Below, piece by piece: positions 8,301 through 16,790 of a stretch of DNA of 24,817 bases. This DNA is from a virus. Taxonomy: Duplodnaviria; Caudoviricetes. The position numbers and the translations under genes are program-made. The notes under the pieces were generated by a model. It made no database searches and was not told where the DNA came from. It worked only from the letters and a program-made list of their open reading frames with translations. Each line of letters starts with the position of its first letter. Position 1 is the stretch's first letter. Location: IMG/VR virus record IMGVR_UViG_3300028586_000076, positions 1 to 24,817 of that record; one strand, 5' to 3'.

Positions 8301-10654
8301 CAGCTGCCAAGGGTTTCTTCAAGGAGGGCTCGACCGGTTATCAGACGCTGGCGACCGCCGAAAAGGCATTCCGCCTCGTTCAGTTCGCCATGTCGGTTCG
8401 AGCGATCGCGCAAGATGCGATCGAGACCGGCAGCAAAATCGCCAACAGCGTCGCGCGTATCGCGGTCGGGGCAACCGAGGCGGTGGTCAACGCAATCAAG
8501 AGCCTCCCCTTCCCGCTCAACATCGCTGCCGGCGCCGCGACGGTCGCCGCGCTGGCGGGGATTGGCGTGTCGGTCGCGGGCTCGTTCGGATCGTCGAAGA
8601 GCGACCTCGCGCCTACCAACACCGGCACCGGGACCGTCCTCGGCGATTCGTCGGCGAAGAGTGAGAGCATCCGGAACGCCATCGATGCCCTGAAGGACGT
8701 CGACACCGTCATGCTGTCCTATTCGCGCGACATGGCCGCGTCACTCAAGTCGATCGACAGCCAGATCGGGGGCGTTGCAACCCTCGTCGTCCGCGCCGGC
8801 AACATCGATGCCAATGCCGGGGTCAACACCGGGTTCAAGAGCAACGCCACGGCAACGATGGCAGGCATCGGCATGGCGATCGGCGGCCCTATCGGTGCCG
8901 GCATCGGCGCGGTGCTGACCAAGATCCCGGTCATCGGCAGCATCCTGAGCGGGCTGTTCGGCACGAAGACCTCGGTCATCGGCAACGGCTTGTCGGGCGG
9001 TCCACAGTCGGTCGGCAGCATCCTGAACAGCGGCTTCGATGCGTCCTACTATTCCGACGTGAAGAAGAAGTCGTCGTTCCTGGGGATCTCGACCGGGACG
9101 AAATATTCGACGCAGTACGGCGCGGCCGACGCGGGGCTGGAAAACCAGTTCACGCTGATCCTGCGGCAGTTCAACGATGCGATCGTCGCGTCGGCCGGGC
9201 CGCTGGGCGCGGCGACCGGCGACATTCAGAACCGCCTCAACAGCTTCGTCGTCAACATCGGCAAGATCGATCTGAAGGACCTGACCGGCGAGCAGATCCA
9301 GGAGAAGCTGACCGCGATCTTCGGCGCCGCGGCCGATGGTATGGCGGCCGCGGCTTTCCCGGCCGTCGCGCAGTTCCAGAAGGTCGGTGAAGGCACCTTC
9401 GAAACGCTCGTGCGCGTTGCCTCGACGGTCGAGGCTGTCGGTGCGTCACTCGACCTGCTGGGCACCAGCGCGCAGACGATGGGCATCGCGGCAAAGCTCG
9501 GCCTTGCCGATCAGTTCGACAGCGTGTCCGCGCTGACCTCGGCAGCCGATGCCTATTTCGAGTCTTTCTACACCAAGGAAGAGCAGACAGCCGCGAAGAC
9601 GGCGCAATTCGCGGGCGTGTTCAGCAGCCTCGGCATGGCAATGCCCGAAACGCTGGCGGGCTTTCGCCAGCTGGTCGAGGCGCAGGATCTGACGAGCGCG
9701 GCGGGTCAGGCGACCTATGCGACGCTGCTGCAACTCGCCCCGGCCTTCGCCGACCTGCAGGCATCCATGGAAGGCGCCAAGAGCGCGGCGGACCTCGCGA
9801 GCGAGCGGCAAGATCTGCAGCGTCAGCTGCTCGAGCTCCGCGGCGACACCGCTGCGCTTCGCGCGCTCGACCTGGCGAAGCTGGATGCGAGCAACCGCGA
9901 CCTGCAGCAGGAGATCTATGCCGTGCAAGACGCTCAGGCCGCAGCGTCGGCCGCCAAGACGCTGGCGGACGCATGGACGTCGGTCGGCGACAGCATCATG
10001 GACGAGGTCAATCGAATCCGCGGCGTCACCGACGCTGCCGGCGGCAACGGCTTTGCGGCGTTGCAGGGGCAGTTCAACACGGCCAACACCGCCGCACGCG
10101 GCGGTGATCAGGATGCGGCGAAGACCCTGCCCGCGCTCAGCCAGGCGCTGCTCACCGCGGCCGCGGAACAGGCGACCAGCCGGCAGGAACTGGAACGCGT
10201 GCGGGCCATGACCGCCGCCAGCCTCGAGGCGACCTATGGCGTGATCAGCGCACTCGGCAACGGCACCACCACGCCGACCACCGAGCAGATGACCAGCCGG
10301 CAGGAACTCGACCGGATGCAGGCGATGAACGACGCAAGCCGTCAGGCCGCCTATGGCGTCGTCAGCGCGCTGGCGGGCGGCACCGCCGCGTCGGGCCGCG
10401 CCGCCACGCCGATCGATACGATGATCACGGCCGCGGACGCCGCTACCGGCAAGGCACCCGCCCCGGCCAACGATGATTTCGCAGGCGAGATCGCGGCGCT
10501 TCGGGAAGAGCTGGCAGGGCTTCGCCGAGACAGCAATTCCGCCCAGGCTGAGATCGCCCGCAATACGAGGGGGACGAACCAGAGGCTGGACGAGATCACG
10601 GCCGACCACGCTGGCCAGGCCATCAGCGTCGGCAGTGCGAGCGCCGCCCGATGA
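5369..10654 (+). CDS. Tail length tape measure protein (1761 aa)
   Basis: Long Ala-rich helical ORF after chaperones; LSFQLNDVATMAAMGAAPFQIFASQAGQI lambda-type TMP motif; GGGGAGG RBS. Confidence 0.95.
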   Translation: MSMDDSSPRLEVGFVIDTGDSFGGLMQLQDAMDSTEAKVLADANRIERATRNMVDLGASTTNVVAFGNATSREMQTARQAIASAEKAGERLVAQLERQNSVFGKTREEVRSAKAEFAALAAEQQGLTELAQRIRSEELALVNATNQAAAAVTAEAEALRQAAYAHQMFEARVKAGVVALREEEAASLAAAAALDAQARREAALASAMFEARAKQGMRDYGVQQTADEAARREANAAAMRLEGLATEQLAREHAALASTVRASHDAQVADAAAAEQLRMSTDPLYAATAKLNAEIAESTRLYHAGATAPAEYARQQDVLTGRLRQSAQAQDDMDRVARKGKGTLTQLSFQLNDVATMAAMGAAPFQIFASQAGQIFQVAQMAEGGVKGFAAEMGGLAVAFLPAIAVASVAGVALYRWKEQINEDAGMKKFAEGLGLTSKEMKKLGDQSITTGDMVAGVWKTITDGLELGGSGKSLMDYLFSPNDAQQVQGFLASIYGTFTGTYAAIVELWSSISTSVSAYVSAAATAVAQFFAPVVAAAQWAGNGIAQIFNAIYNRVAGWLKSIGSAISDFAGPILKAMGQSDAATAVTSAGSSLGKAFGKGYAQGAGQVVNGTNRFFATAAENIISKSQERLLKKANEIKADRTPKKTPVDSHAASLVRDSEAIEAQIRNLYKLADAYGVSGAAALIAEARVKAESKAIKQRADIEASVDRQVRLAIAQRVSDVAKSTATARDQAAAQMLVNAQVAAGLVPAARAAELVKDQIADLPLLAAIEAARTRGLTTEAERATKALADQRAARADLTTAERSAQFNTDMASGNDRLAQMLEELRLVGATDMERVRALATLKATQEAQKYNPGDRAAYVEQQVEIAVGAQQVVEKQAALNAELRATADLFDTIDQTAQRAAQGMADAFGNVGSAIGDALTVMTGYYADQAKLQEAHKAAIDAAGDDQKEIDRENRLFSLRSSSQQISAFGDMTAAAKGFFKEGSTGYQTLATAEKAFRLVQFAMSVRAIAQDAIETGSKIANSVARIAVGATEAVVNAIKSLPFPLNIAAGAATVAALAGIGVSVAGSFGSSKSDLAPTNTGTGTVLGDSSAKSESIRNAIDALKDVDTVMLSYSRDMAASLKSIDSQIGGVATLVVRAGNIDANAGVNTGFKSNATATMAGIGMAIGGPIGAGIGAVLTKIPVIGSILSGLFGTKTSVIGNGLSGGPQSVGSILNSGFDASYYSDVKKKSSFLGISTGTKYSTQYGAADAGLENQFTLILRQFNDAIVASAGPLGAATGDIQNRLNSFVVNIGKIDLKDLTGEQIQEKLTAIFGAAADGMAAAAFPAVAQFQKVGEGTFETLVRVASTVEAVGASLDLLGTSAQTMGIAAKLGLADQFDSVSALTSAADAYFESFYTKEEQTAAKTAQFAGVFSSLGMAMPETLAGFRQLVEAQDLTSAAGQATYATLLQLAPAFADLQASMEGAKSAADLASERQDLQRQLLELRGDTAALRALDLAKLDASNRDLQQEIYAVQDAQAAASAAKTLADAWTSVGDSIMDEVNRIRGVTDAAGGNGFAALQGQFNTANTAARGGDQDAAKTLPALSQALLTAAAEQATSRQELERVRAMTAASLEATYGVISALGNGTTTPTTEQMTSRQELDRMQAMNDASRQAAYGVVSALAGGTAASGRAATPIDTMITAADAATGKAPAPANDDFAGEIAALREELAGLRRDSNSAQAEIARNTRGTNQRLDEITADHAGQAISVGSASAAR
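10168..10385 (+). repeat. Tandem 117-nt (39-aa) duplication near the TMP C-terminus
   Basis: GACCAGCCGGCAGGAACT at 10174 and 10291; TSRQELERVRAMTAASLEATYGVISAL vs TSRQELDRMQAMNDASRQAAYGVVSAL. Confidence 0.9.
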
Positions 10655-13600
10655 AGGTCGTCACCACCGCAGGCGTGATCGAACTCGGCACCGTCGAGAC
10701 GGCGCCAACGATCGGCGTCATCGATTACAGCCGGCGGGTCACCGACGAGTTCGGCGTCACCACGGTTGTGCAGCGCGGTTTCGCGCGTCGCATGACGGTG
10801 CGTCTCGCCGTACCATTCGACGACGTCGACACGATCCAGCGCCAGCTCGCCGAACTTCGTGCCACCTCGGCGACGTGGATTGCCGACGATCGCTTCGGCA
10901 GCCTGACCGTCCGCGGGTTCTACAAGGAATTCGAGGTCGATCACGCGACCGCGCCGCTCAGCTATTGCACGCTGACGGTCGAGGGGATGACCGGCAAAGA
11001 GGCGTTCACAGACGACGGTTCCGATCCGGCCCCGGCCGGGCAGGCGTCCAGCCTTCAGCTGCTGCAGCCGATCGCGATCACAGACGCCGTCCTGACGTCG
11101 AGCAGCGTCGCCGAGGATGATGCCATCGAGTGGACGGCAGCCGGCGGCTACGCCTTGGGGCAGCGCGTCATCCGGCGTTCGACGCACCGCGTCTGGGAAA
11201 GCCTGATCGATCGCAACGTCGGTCATGACCCGGCGACGACGACGGGGGCATGGCTCGACGTCGGACCGACGAACCGCTGGGCCATGTTCGACCAGGCGCT
11301 TGGATCAGTCACCACCGACGAGGCGCCGATCGTGGTTACGCTGCGCCCCGGTCCCGCGGCGTCCGGCCTCGCGATCCTCGATTGCAACGCTGCCACCGTC
11401 CGTGTTCAGGCCCCCGGATATGACCGCACCGTTGCTCCAACGGGCGGCTCCGGCGGCGCGCTGTTCCTCGATCTGTTGCTGGCGGCCGGCGCCAGTATCA
11501 CGGTGACGCTGGCACCGTTCGGCAAGGTCGCACAGCGTGTCGTCTGGGACGATGGTTTCGCGTGGGACGATTCGGTCGCGTGGCAGGACACGGTCGCCGG
11601 CACCGCCACGGTCGAACCGCCGAGCTGGGCTGATGGCGAGGGCGTGAGCGACACGAAGAAATGGCAGGACAGCCGCGGTGGCGATGGCACCGTATTCGTC
11701 GGCACTTTGCTGCTCGGCATATTGCGCCCGCTCGGCATCACTGAGGGCTCGGCGACGTCGGGCATCACCGACTATAGCCGGCGCGAGACGGATGAGTTCG
11801 GCGAGACCATGATCGTCCCGCGCGCCTGGGCGAAGCGAATGGCGGGCAAGGCGCTGATCCGAACCGACGCGGTCGACCAGGTCGTCGGACGGATCGCAGC
11901 CGTTCGCGCAGTGCCGTCGCTGTGGCTCGGCGACGCCGGTGTCGACAGCCTCATCGTCTACGGCTTCTTTAAGGACTTCAGTGTCGAGGTCGGCGAGACG
12001 CTGAGCAAGCTGACGCTGTCGATCGAGGGCTTTAGTGAGGCGAAGACCTCGGCGCCACTGACGATCCCCTGGGAAAATGTCAGCGGCACGAAGCCGACCG
12101 AGAACGCCGACAACACCGGTGAAAACACGTCGAAGGATACTGGCACCGTTGCTGGGGTGCCGGCGACACAGGTCATTGCTGACGCGGCATCGATAAAGCA
12201 GCGCTCGGATATCCTCGAGAACATCACGATCCCCGCGATCAACAGCGCGGTGGCGGCGGCCAACGTCCTGATCAAGACGGCCGGGGCGAAGGCTGATGCG
12301 GCGCTCGCCGACCTGAATGCCAAGCTGCTCGCGTCCGGTATTGTCCTCGACGCGGCACTCGCCAACGCGGATAGCAAGCTGGCAGCGGCGCGCGTCACGG
12401 CGGACCTGGCTGTCCGTCAGGCAAATACCCGCATTGATGCGGCGATGACCGACCTGAACGCCGAGGCGAACCGGGCGCAGGGCAAGGACGAGCTGCTCGA
12501 CCGTCGCATCGACAGCCTGACGGTCGTCACCAATAAGAACGACGGCGAGGTCCGCGCGCTGATCGACACGGAGCGGACGGTCCGCAGCGATGACGTCCGC
12601 GCGATCGCGCAGCGCATCGACAGCGTCGTCACCGATTATACCACCCGCGACAGCGTCACAAACACGCGGATCACGCGCCAAGTCACCGCCCTTTCAGCCG
12701 CTGACATGGCGTTGGGCGAGCGGATCGACATAGTAATCACCGAATATAAAGACGCGGATGCGGTGACTAGCACGCAGATTACCGATTCTGTCGCCGCCCT
12801 GTCTGCTGTCGACGTGGCGATCGGCAAGCGTGTCGATGCCATCGTAACGGACGTCACCACCAAAGATACGGCCACCCGCACAGAAATCGGCAGAGTCGAG
12901 CTCGCATCGTCGACCCGCGACACCGCCCTTGGGCAGCGCATCGACAGCGTGGTAACGGACTATACGGATCGGGACAGCGCCACCAACACCCGAATTACGA
13001 CCCAGGTCACCGCCCTGTCTGCTGAAGATAAAGCGCTGGGCGAACGGATCGACACCGTCACCACCAATTTTAAGAATGCGGACTTGGCGACTAGCACCCG
13101 GATCACCACCGAGGTTGCCGCCCTGTCTGCCGTCGACGTGGCGATCGGCAAGCGTGTCGATGCCATCGTAACGGACGTCACAACCAAAGACACGGCCACC
13201 CGTACTGAGATCGGCAAAGTTGAGCTTGCATCGTCCACCCGCGACACCGCGCTTGGGCAGCGGATCGACACGGTCACTACCGATTACAAATCTGCCAACA
13301 CCGCCACTAACACCCGAATCACTGGGGAGGTTACCGCCTTATCTGGTGCTGACGTAGCGCTCGGGCAGCGGATCGACACTGTGACTACCGAGTTCAGGGA
13401 CGCTGACGCGGCAACCAGCACCCGGATCAACGTCCAAGTGAAGGCGCTGAGCGATGCTGATACGTCGATCGGGCAGCGAATCGATGCGATTACCACCGAC
13501 TATGTTGGCCGGGACAGCAAGGCGAACGTTCGCATCGATCAAACGGCAAGCGCGATGAGTGAGGCAGATCGCGCCCTTGGTATCCGCGTCGACAATGTGT

Positions 13601-14556
13601 CGGCGTCGCTGGCGAGTACCGACAGCGCAGTGCGCGCCGAGATCGGGCGGGTCGAGCGGGCATCGGCGGAGCGCGACATCGTGCTTGGCGAGCGCAGCGA
13701 CACGATCACGGTATCGCTCAACGACGCCCGCGGTCGCCTGTCGACGGTGGAAACGGCGGTGACGGACGGCAGGTTCGCCACTGCGCAGCGCGTTAGCCTT
13801 CTTGAAGCGCAGGTGTCCGGTTCCGGCGGCGACCTGACGGCGAGGATTGACGAGCGAGTGACGGCGGTCGTCGATCCCAAGATCGGTGTCGTCACACAGA
13901 GCGTGACGGACTTGCGCAGCGCCTACAATGGCACCGTGGCCACGCTACAGCAGCAGGCCGGTACCATAGCCGGAATCGATGGCCGGACCAGCGTATTCTG
14001 GCAGGTCACGGGTACAACACCGGATGGTAGCACCAAGATCAGTTTGTCGAAGGCGGACGGTTCGCCGGGCGTCTTCTACATCGGTGCCGACCTGTTCGTC
14101 GACGGCAACGCAATCTTTAACGGCACCGTGACAATTCGTGCGCTGGACCGGTCGACCATGACGGCCACGACAGCCAGCTCGGTGGCTGGGAGCTATGGCG
14201 GCGTCGGAACGGGCGCGCTGACCTATATCCCGAACCTCGGCGCCGACATGTTCATTCGTTCGGGTGGTTCGCTTTACTTCACGTTTACCGGAAACATTGC
14301 GGGGCAGACTGACGCCTCGGGCTCGACCTATCCCTCAATCGAACTGTTGAACGCGGCCGACAACAGCGTCCTCACCAGCGTCCGGCTCCCCTCAGCGGGC
14401 TTCGGCAGCAGCGGCCGCCTCGACAATTATACGATCCGGATCCTGAACGTCTGGGGCGAGCTCACGGTGCGCTGGCGCGTCGCCACCCGCGCCGCAGAGC
14501 GCACTTGGTCGATCGTGCAGAACCCGGCCCTTTCTGTCTACTGGACTGCCCTATGA
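10651..14556 (+). CDS. Fused tail-tip / central fibre protein (1301 aa)
   Basis: Directly after TMP (ATGA overlap); duplicated DYSRRxTDEFG domain, CBM-like WTAAGGYALGQRV segment, GPTNRWAMFD, long repeat stalk, beta-rich C-terminus. Confidence 0.8.
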   Translation: MKVVTTAGVIELGTVETAPTIGVIDYSRRVTDEFGVTTVVQRGFARRMTVRLAVPFDDVDTIQRQLAELRATSATWIADDRFGSLTVRGFYKEFEVDHATAPLSYCTLTVEGMTGKEAFTDDGSDPAPAGQASSLQLLQPIAITDAVLTSSSVAEDDAIEWTAAGGYALGQRVIRRSTHRVWESLIDRNVGHDPATTTGAWLDVGPTNRWAMFDQALGSVTTDEAPIVVTLRPGPAASGLAILDCNAATVRVQAPGYDRTVAPTGGSGGALFLDLLLAAGASITVTLAPFGKVAQRVVWDDGFAWDDSVAWQDTVAGTATVEPPSWADGEGVSDTKKWQDSRGGDGTVFVGTLLLGILRPLGITEGSATSGITDYSRRETDEFGETMIVPRAWAKRMAGKALIRTDAVDQVVGRIAAVRAVPSLWLGDAGVDSLIVYGFFKDFSVEVGETLSKLTLSIEGFSEAKTSAPLTIPWENVSGTKPTENADNTGENTSKDTGTVAGVPATQVIADAASIKQRSDILENITIPAINSAVAAANVLIKTAGAKADAALADLNAKLLASGIVLDAALANADSKLAAARVTADLAVRQANTRIDAAMTDLNAEANRAQGKDELLDRRIDSLTVVTNKNDGEVRALIDTERTVRSDDVRAIAQRIDSVVTDYTTRDSVTNTRITRQVTALSAADMALGERIDIVITEYKDADAVTSTQITDSVAALSAVDVAIGKRVDAIVTDVTTKDTATRTEIGRVELASSTRDTALGQRIDSVVTDYTDRDSATNTRITTQVTALSAEDKALGERIDTVTTNFKNADLATSTRITTEVAALSAVDVAIGKRVDAIVTDVTTKDTATRTEIGKVELASSTRDTALGQRIDTVTTDYKSANTATNTRITGEVTALSGADVALGQRIDTVTTEFRDADAATSTRINVQVKALSDADTSIGQRIDAITTDYVGRDSKANVRIDQTASAMSEADRALGIRVDNVSASLASTDSAVRAEIGRVERASAERDIVLGERSDTITVSLNDARGRLSTVETAVTDGRFATAQRVSLLEAQVSGSGGDLTARIDERVTAVVDPKIGVVTQSVTDLRSAYNGTVATLQQQAGTIAGIDGRTSVFWQVTGTTPDGSTKISLSKADGSPGVFYIGADLFVDGNAIFNGTVTIRALDRSTMTATTASSVAGSYGGVGTGALTYIPNLGADMFIRSGGSLYFTFTGNIAGQTDASGSTYPSIELLNAADNSVLTSVRLPSAGFGSSGRLDNYTIRILNVWGELTVRWRVATRAAERTWSIVQNPALSVYWTAL
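12505..13700 (+). repeat. Eleven 108-nt (36-aa) coding repeats with a 324-nt higher-order period
   Basis: R-[IVS]-D anchors at exactly 12505, 12613, 12721, 12829, 12937, 13045, 13153, 13261, 13369, 13477, 13585, 13693; near-identical DNA starting at 12808 and 13132. Confidence 0.95.
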
Positions 14557-15137
14557 AGAGTTTCGCGCTTTACGAAGTCGCCAGCGGAATCGTCACCGGG
14601 ACAATCTCCGCCGATATCGTGCCGACGCCAGCCGATGGCTACGCCTATACCGAATATGACCCGACGACCGATCCGCGCGGCTTCCGCGTCGCGTCTGGCA
14701 AGATCGTGAAAGATAGCTTCGTCGTGCCAGTGGAGACAATCGACCAGCTGCAGACGCGCCTGCTTGCCGCGGTGGATGTCGAACGGGAGCGGCTGCAGAT
14801 GACTGTCCTGACCGACGGCGGGGCGAAAAAATACGTCTATAATCGCAAGGCGATGGAGGCGATCGACGGACGCACAATCACGGCATCGCTGCTGAATGGA
14901 CTGGGGCTAAGCGACAAGAAGAAGCGCTTCCCGTTCGCGACAACGGAGTCTTTCCTGACCGGCGAGACACTTTCGGCTGTGCTCGTGCGCTTCGACGCCG
15001 GCATGAACGCCGCCGCGTCAGAGAATGCCCGGATCGAGGCCGTCGCGCAGAAAGCCAAGCGAGACATTCGGGCGGCAGCGACGATCGCCGCCAAGCGCGT
15101 CGCATATGCTGGCATCAACTGGAATTGGTCGGCCTGA
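14553..15137 (+). CDS. Putative tail fibre assembly protein (194 aa)
   Basis: ATGA overlap with fibre gene; YNRKAMEA and IEAVAQKAKRDIRAAAT…AGINW C-terminus typical of fibre chaperones. Confidence 0.7.
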   Translation: MKSFALYEVASGIVTGTISADIVPTPADGYAYTEYDPTTDPRGFRVASGKIVKDSFVVPVETIDQLQTRLLAAVDVERERLQMTVLTDGGAKKYVYNRKAMEAIDGRTITASLLNGLGLSDKKKRFPFATTESFLTGETLSAVLVRFDAGMNAAASENARIEAVAQKAKRDIRAAATIAAKRVAYAGINWNWSA

Positions 15138-15165
15138 CCGGGCCGTCGCGATCGAGGACTTCGAA

Positions 15166-15219
15166 ATGAGCAACGTGAGCTTCGCGGCCCCAACAGCCGC
15201 GGGAAGGAATGACGCATGA
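15166..15219 (+). CDS. Possible 17-aa leader ORF (MSNVSFAAPTAAGRNDA)
   Basis: GAGGA RBS at 15154, ATG 15166, stop overlaps next start (ATGA). Confidence 0.35.
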   Translation: MSNVSFAAPTAAGRNDA

Positions 15220-15755
15220 ACGCGACAGCCACGAGCAACTATATCGGCGAGGCGATGCGGTCGACGGCCGCGCTCGCGCCGCCCTCCCTTGCTGACAATC
15301 CGGGGCTGCTCGCCTGGAACCTGTTCGTCATGACCGCGGCTATGTGCCTCGGGCTCATGATGGCCGGGAAACAGGCGCGACGCATCTGGGCTGCGCGTGC
15401 GTTCGACCACCCGACCGATCCCGTCTCGATCTATCGGATCGTCATCTTCCTCGCCGGCTGCGCGGTCGCCAGTCGGGGTGGCGCCGAGGCGATCAGCCTT
15501 TGGTCGTGGAGCTCGGGCGACGCCCACACGATCGAGCGCGTCGCAGAACTCAAGCGATGGCTCGATCCCGTCTCGGTCGGCTGCGGCTTCCTGTGGATGG
15601 CGCTGCATATCCTCGCCGAGCCGATGCTCGAGTTCCAGCTGCGCAAGGCTCCCCTGCCCGTCGACATGTGGTCACGGTGGCCACAGCTGCGCCGGCCGAT
15701 CGCTATTCTGGTCGTGAGCCTGCTGATGGCGACCGCTGCCGTCGGGCTGCGGTAA
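15216..15755 (+). CDS. Membrane protein (about 4 TM) at head of lysis cassette; holin/antiholin candidate
   Basis: Four hydrophobic stretches; GGAAGGA RBS; position. Confidence 0.65.
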   Translation: MNATATSNYIGEAMRSTAALAPPSLADNPGLLAWNLFVMTAAMCLGLMMAGKQARRIWAARAFDHPTDPVSIYRIVIFLAGCAVASRGGAEAISLWSWSSGDAHTIERVAELKRWLDPVSVGCGFLWMALHILAEPMLEFQLRKAPLPVDMWSRWPQLRRPIAILVVSLLMATAAVGLR

Positions 15756-16159
15756 TGCGAGAGGGGGCTATCGCGGCGGTACCGGGCGTATCGGTACCGG
15801 TCATCTGGTCGTTTCTCGGCTACAGCTTTCCGGCCGGATCTATGATCGTCGGGCTTCTCGCCTGCCTCATGATCCGCCTGTTCATCACTCTCGACACGCC
15901 GGGCCCGAAGCGCTGGCTGCTTGACGCGATCGTCACCGGCATCGCGATGCTGGTTACCGCGGTCTGGATCGCAGAGCACCAAGTCGACCTATTTGCCGCG
16001 CTCGGTACCGGGGGCGCCCTGGGCGCGATCGGCACCGGCATCATCACCTTCTTCAAACGGCGCGGGCAGAACGCGATCGACGCGCTCGACGCCGCGCTGC
16101 CGGGCAAGCCCAAAGTCCCCGCGGACATGACCGCCACCCTGCGCGAACTCGACAAGTAG
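15755..16159 (+). CDS. Putative holin (134 aa, 3-4 TM, charged C-terminus)
   Basis: TAATG overlap; hydrophobic segments then FFKRRGQ…LRELDK tail; directly upstream of endolysin. Confidence 0.7.
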   Translation: MREGAIAAVPGVSVPVIWSFLGYSFPAGSMIVGLLACLMIRLFITLDTPGPKRWLLDAIVTGIAMLVTAVWIAEHQVDLFAALGTGGALGAIGTGIITFFKRRGQNAIDALDAALPGKPKVPADMTATLRELDK

Positions 16160-16231
16160 GAATAACGGCCCGCCCAACCGGGAGGGGTCAGTGGCGGGCC
16201 GACCGGGCAAGGGTAAGAAACCCGGCCCGTC
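16160..16231 (-). ncRNA. Candidate two-hairpin antisense sRNA with CCUCCC loop
   Basis: Minus strand folds CGGCCCGCC-ac-UGACC[CCUCCC]GGUUG-GGCGGGCCG-UUAUU; the inner stem needs G-U pairs that exist only on the minus strand; second hairpin at 16201-16231. Confidence 0.45.
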
Positions 16232-16277
16232 GATAACAACCAACCTGTCCGATCGCTTCAAACCGAAGGAAATAATC

Positions 16278-16790
16278 ATGACGACGGCATCAACGCCGGC
16301 GTGGCTTCGCCATGCCCGGTCGCTTCTTGGCACCCGCGAAATAGTCGGACGCACGCACAATAATGCCCTGATCGCGTTTCTCAACACGGCGCGCAAATGG
16401 AACGGCGTGGTCTGGAAAGATGACGAGATGCCGTGGTGCGGCGGCTTCGTCGCGGCATGCCTAGTCGCCGTCGGTGTAGAGCCGGTCAAGATCGCGGCGC
16501 GCGCGAAGAGCTGGGCGGCCTGGGGGAGCCGACTGCGGCCTGAGCGCCTCGCCCCCGGCGCGGTCCTCGTCTTTGATCGTGCAGGCGGCGGCCATGTCGG
16601 TTTCTATGTCGGCGAGGATGCGACCGCCTATCATGTTCTTGGCGGCAATCAAAGCAACGCCGTCACCGTTACGCGGATCGCAAAGGGCCGGCTCACCGCA
16701 TCACGCTGGCCCGCAGGCGTGCCGGTTATCGGTGGTCCGGTGCAGATGGCGACGACCGCCGGTCTGAAGCTGTCGAGCAACGAAGCATGA
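16278..16790 (+). CDS. Endolysin, TIGR02594-type NlpC/P60-CHAP-like cysteine peptidase (170 aa)
   Basis: DDEMPWCGGFV (Cys), GGGHVGFYVG (His), VLGGNQSNAV; AAGGA RBS before ATG 16278. Confidence 0.92.
   Translation: MTTASTPAWLRHARSLLGTREIVGRTHNNALIAFLNTARKWNGVVWKDDEMPWCGGFVAACLVAVGVEPVKIAARAKSWAAWGSRLRPERLAPGAVLVFDRAGGGHVGFYVGEDATAYHVLGGNQSNAVTVTRIAKGRLTASRWPAGVPVIGGPVQMATTAGLKLSSNEA

Noticed and set aside
12505-13700. Repeat array as CRISPR or DGR template/variable repeat
   Set aside because: Repeats are in-frame coding units without spacers; differences are mostly synonymous rather than adenine-specific; no cas or reverse transcriptase in window.
15344-15754. Long N-terminal extensions given by the ORF track (15344, also 1757, 3376, 14505, 16191, 24028, 24139)
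   Set aside because: Downstream starts have RBSs and/or stop-start overlaps; the extensions mostly overlap neighbouring genes or structured intergenic DNA.
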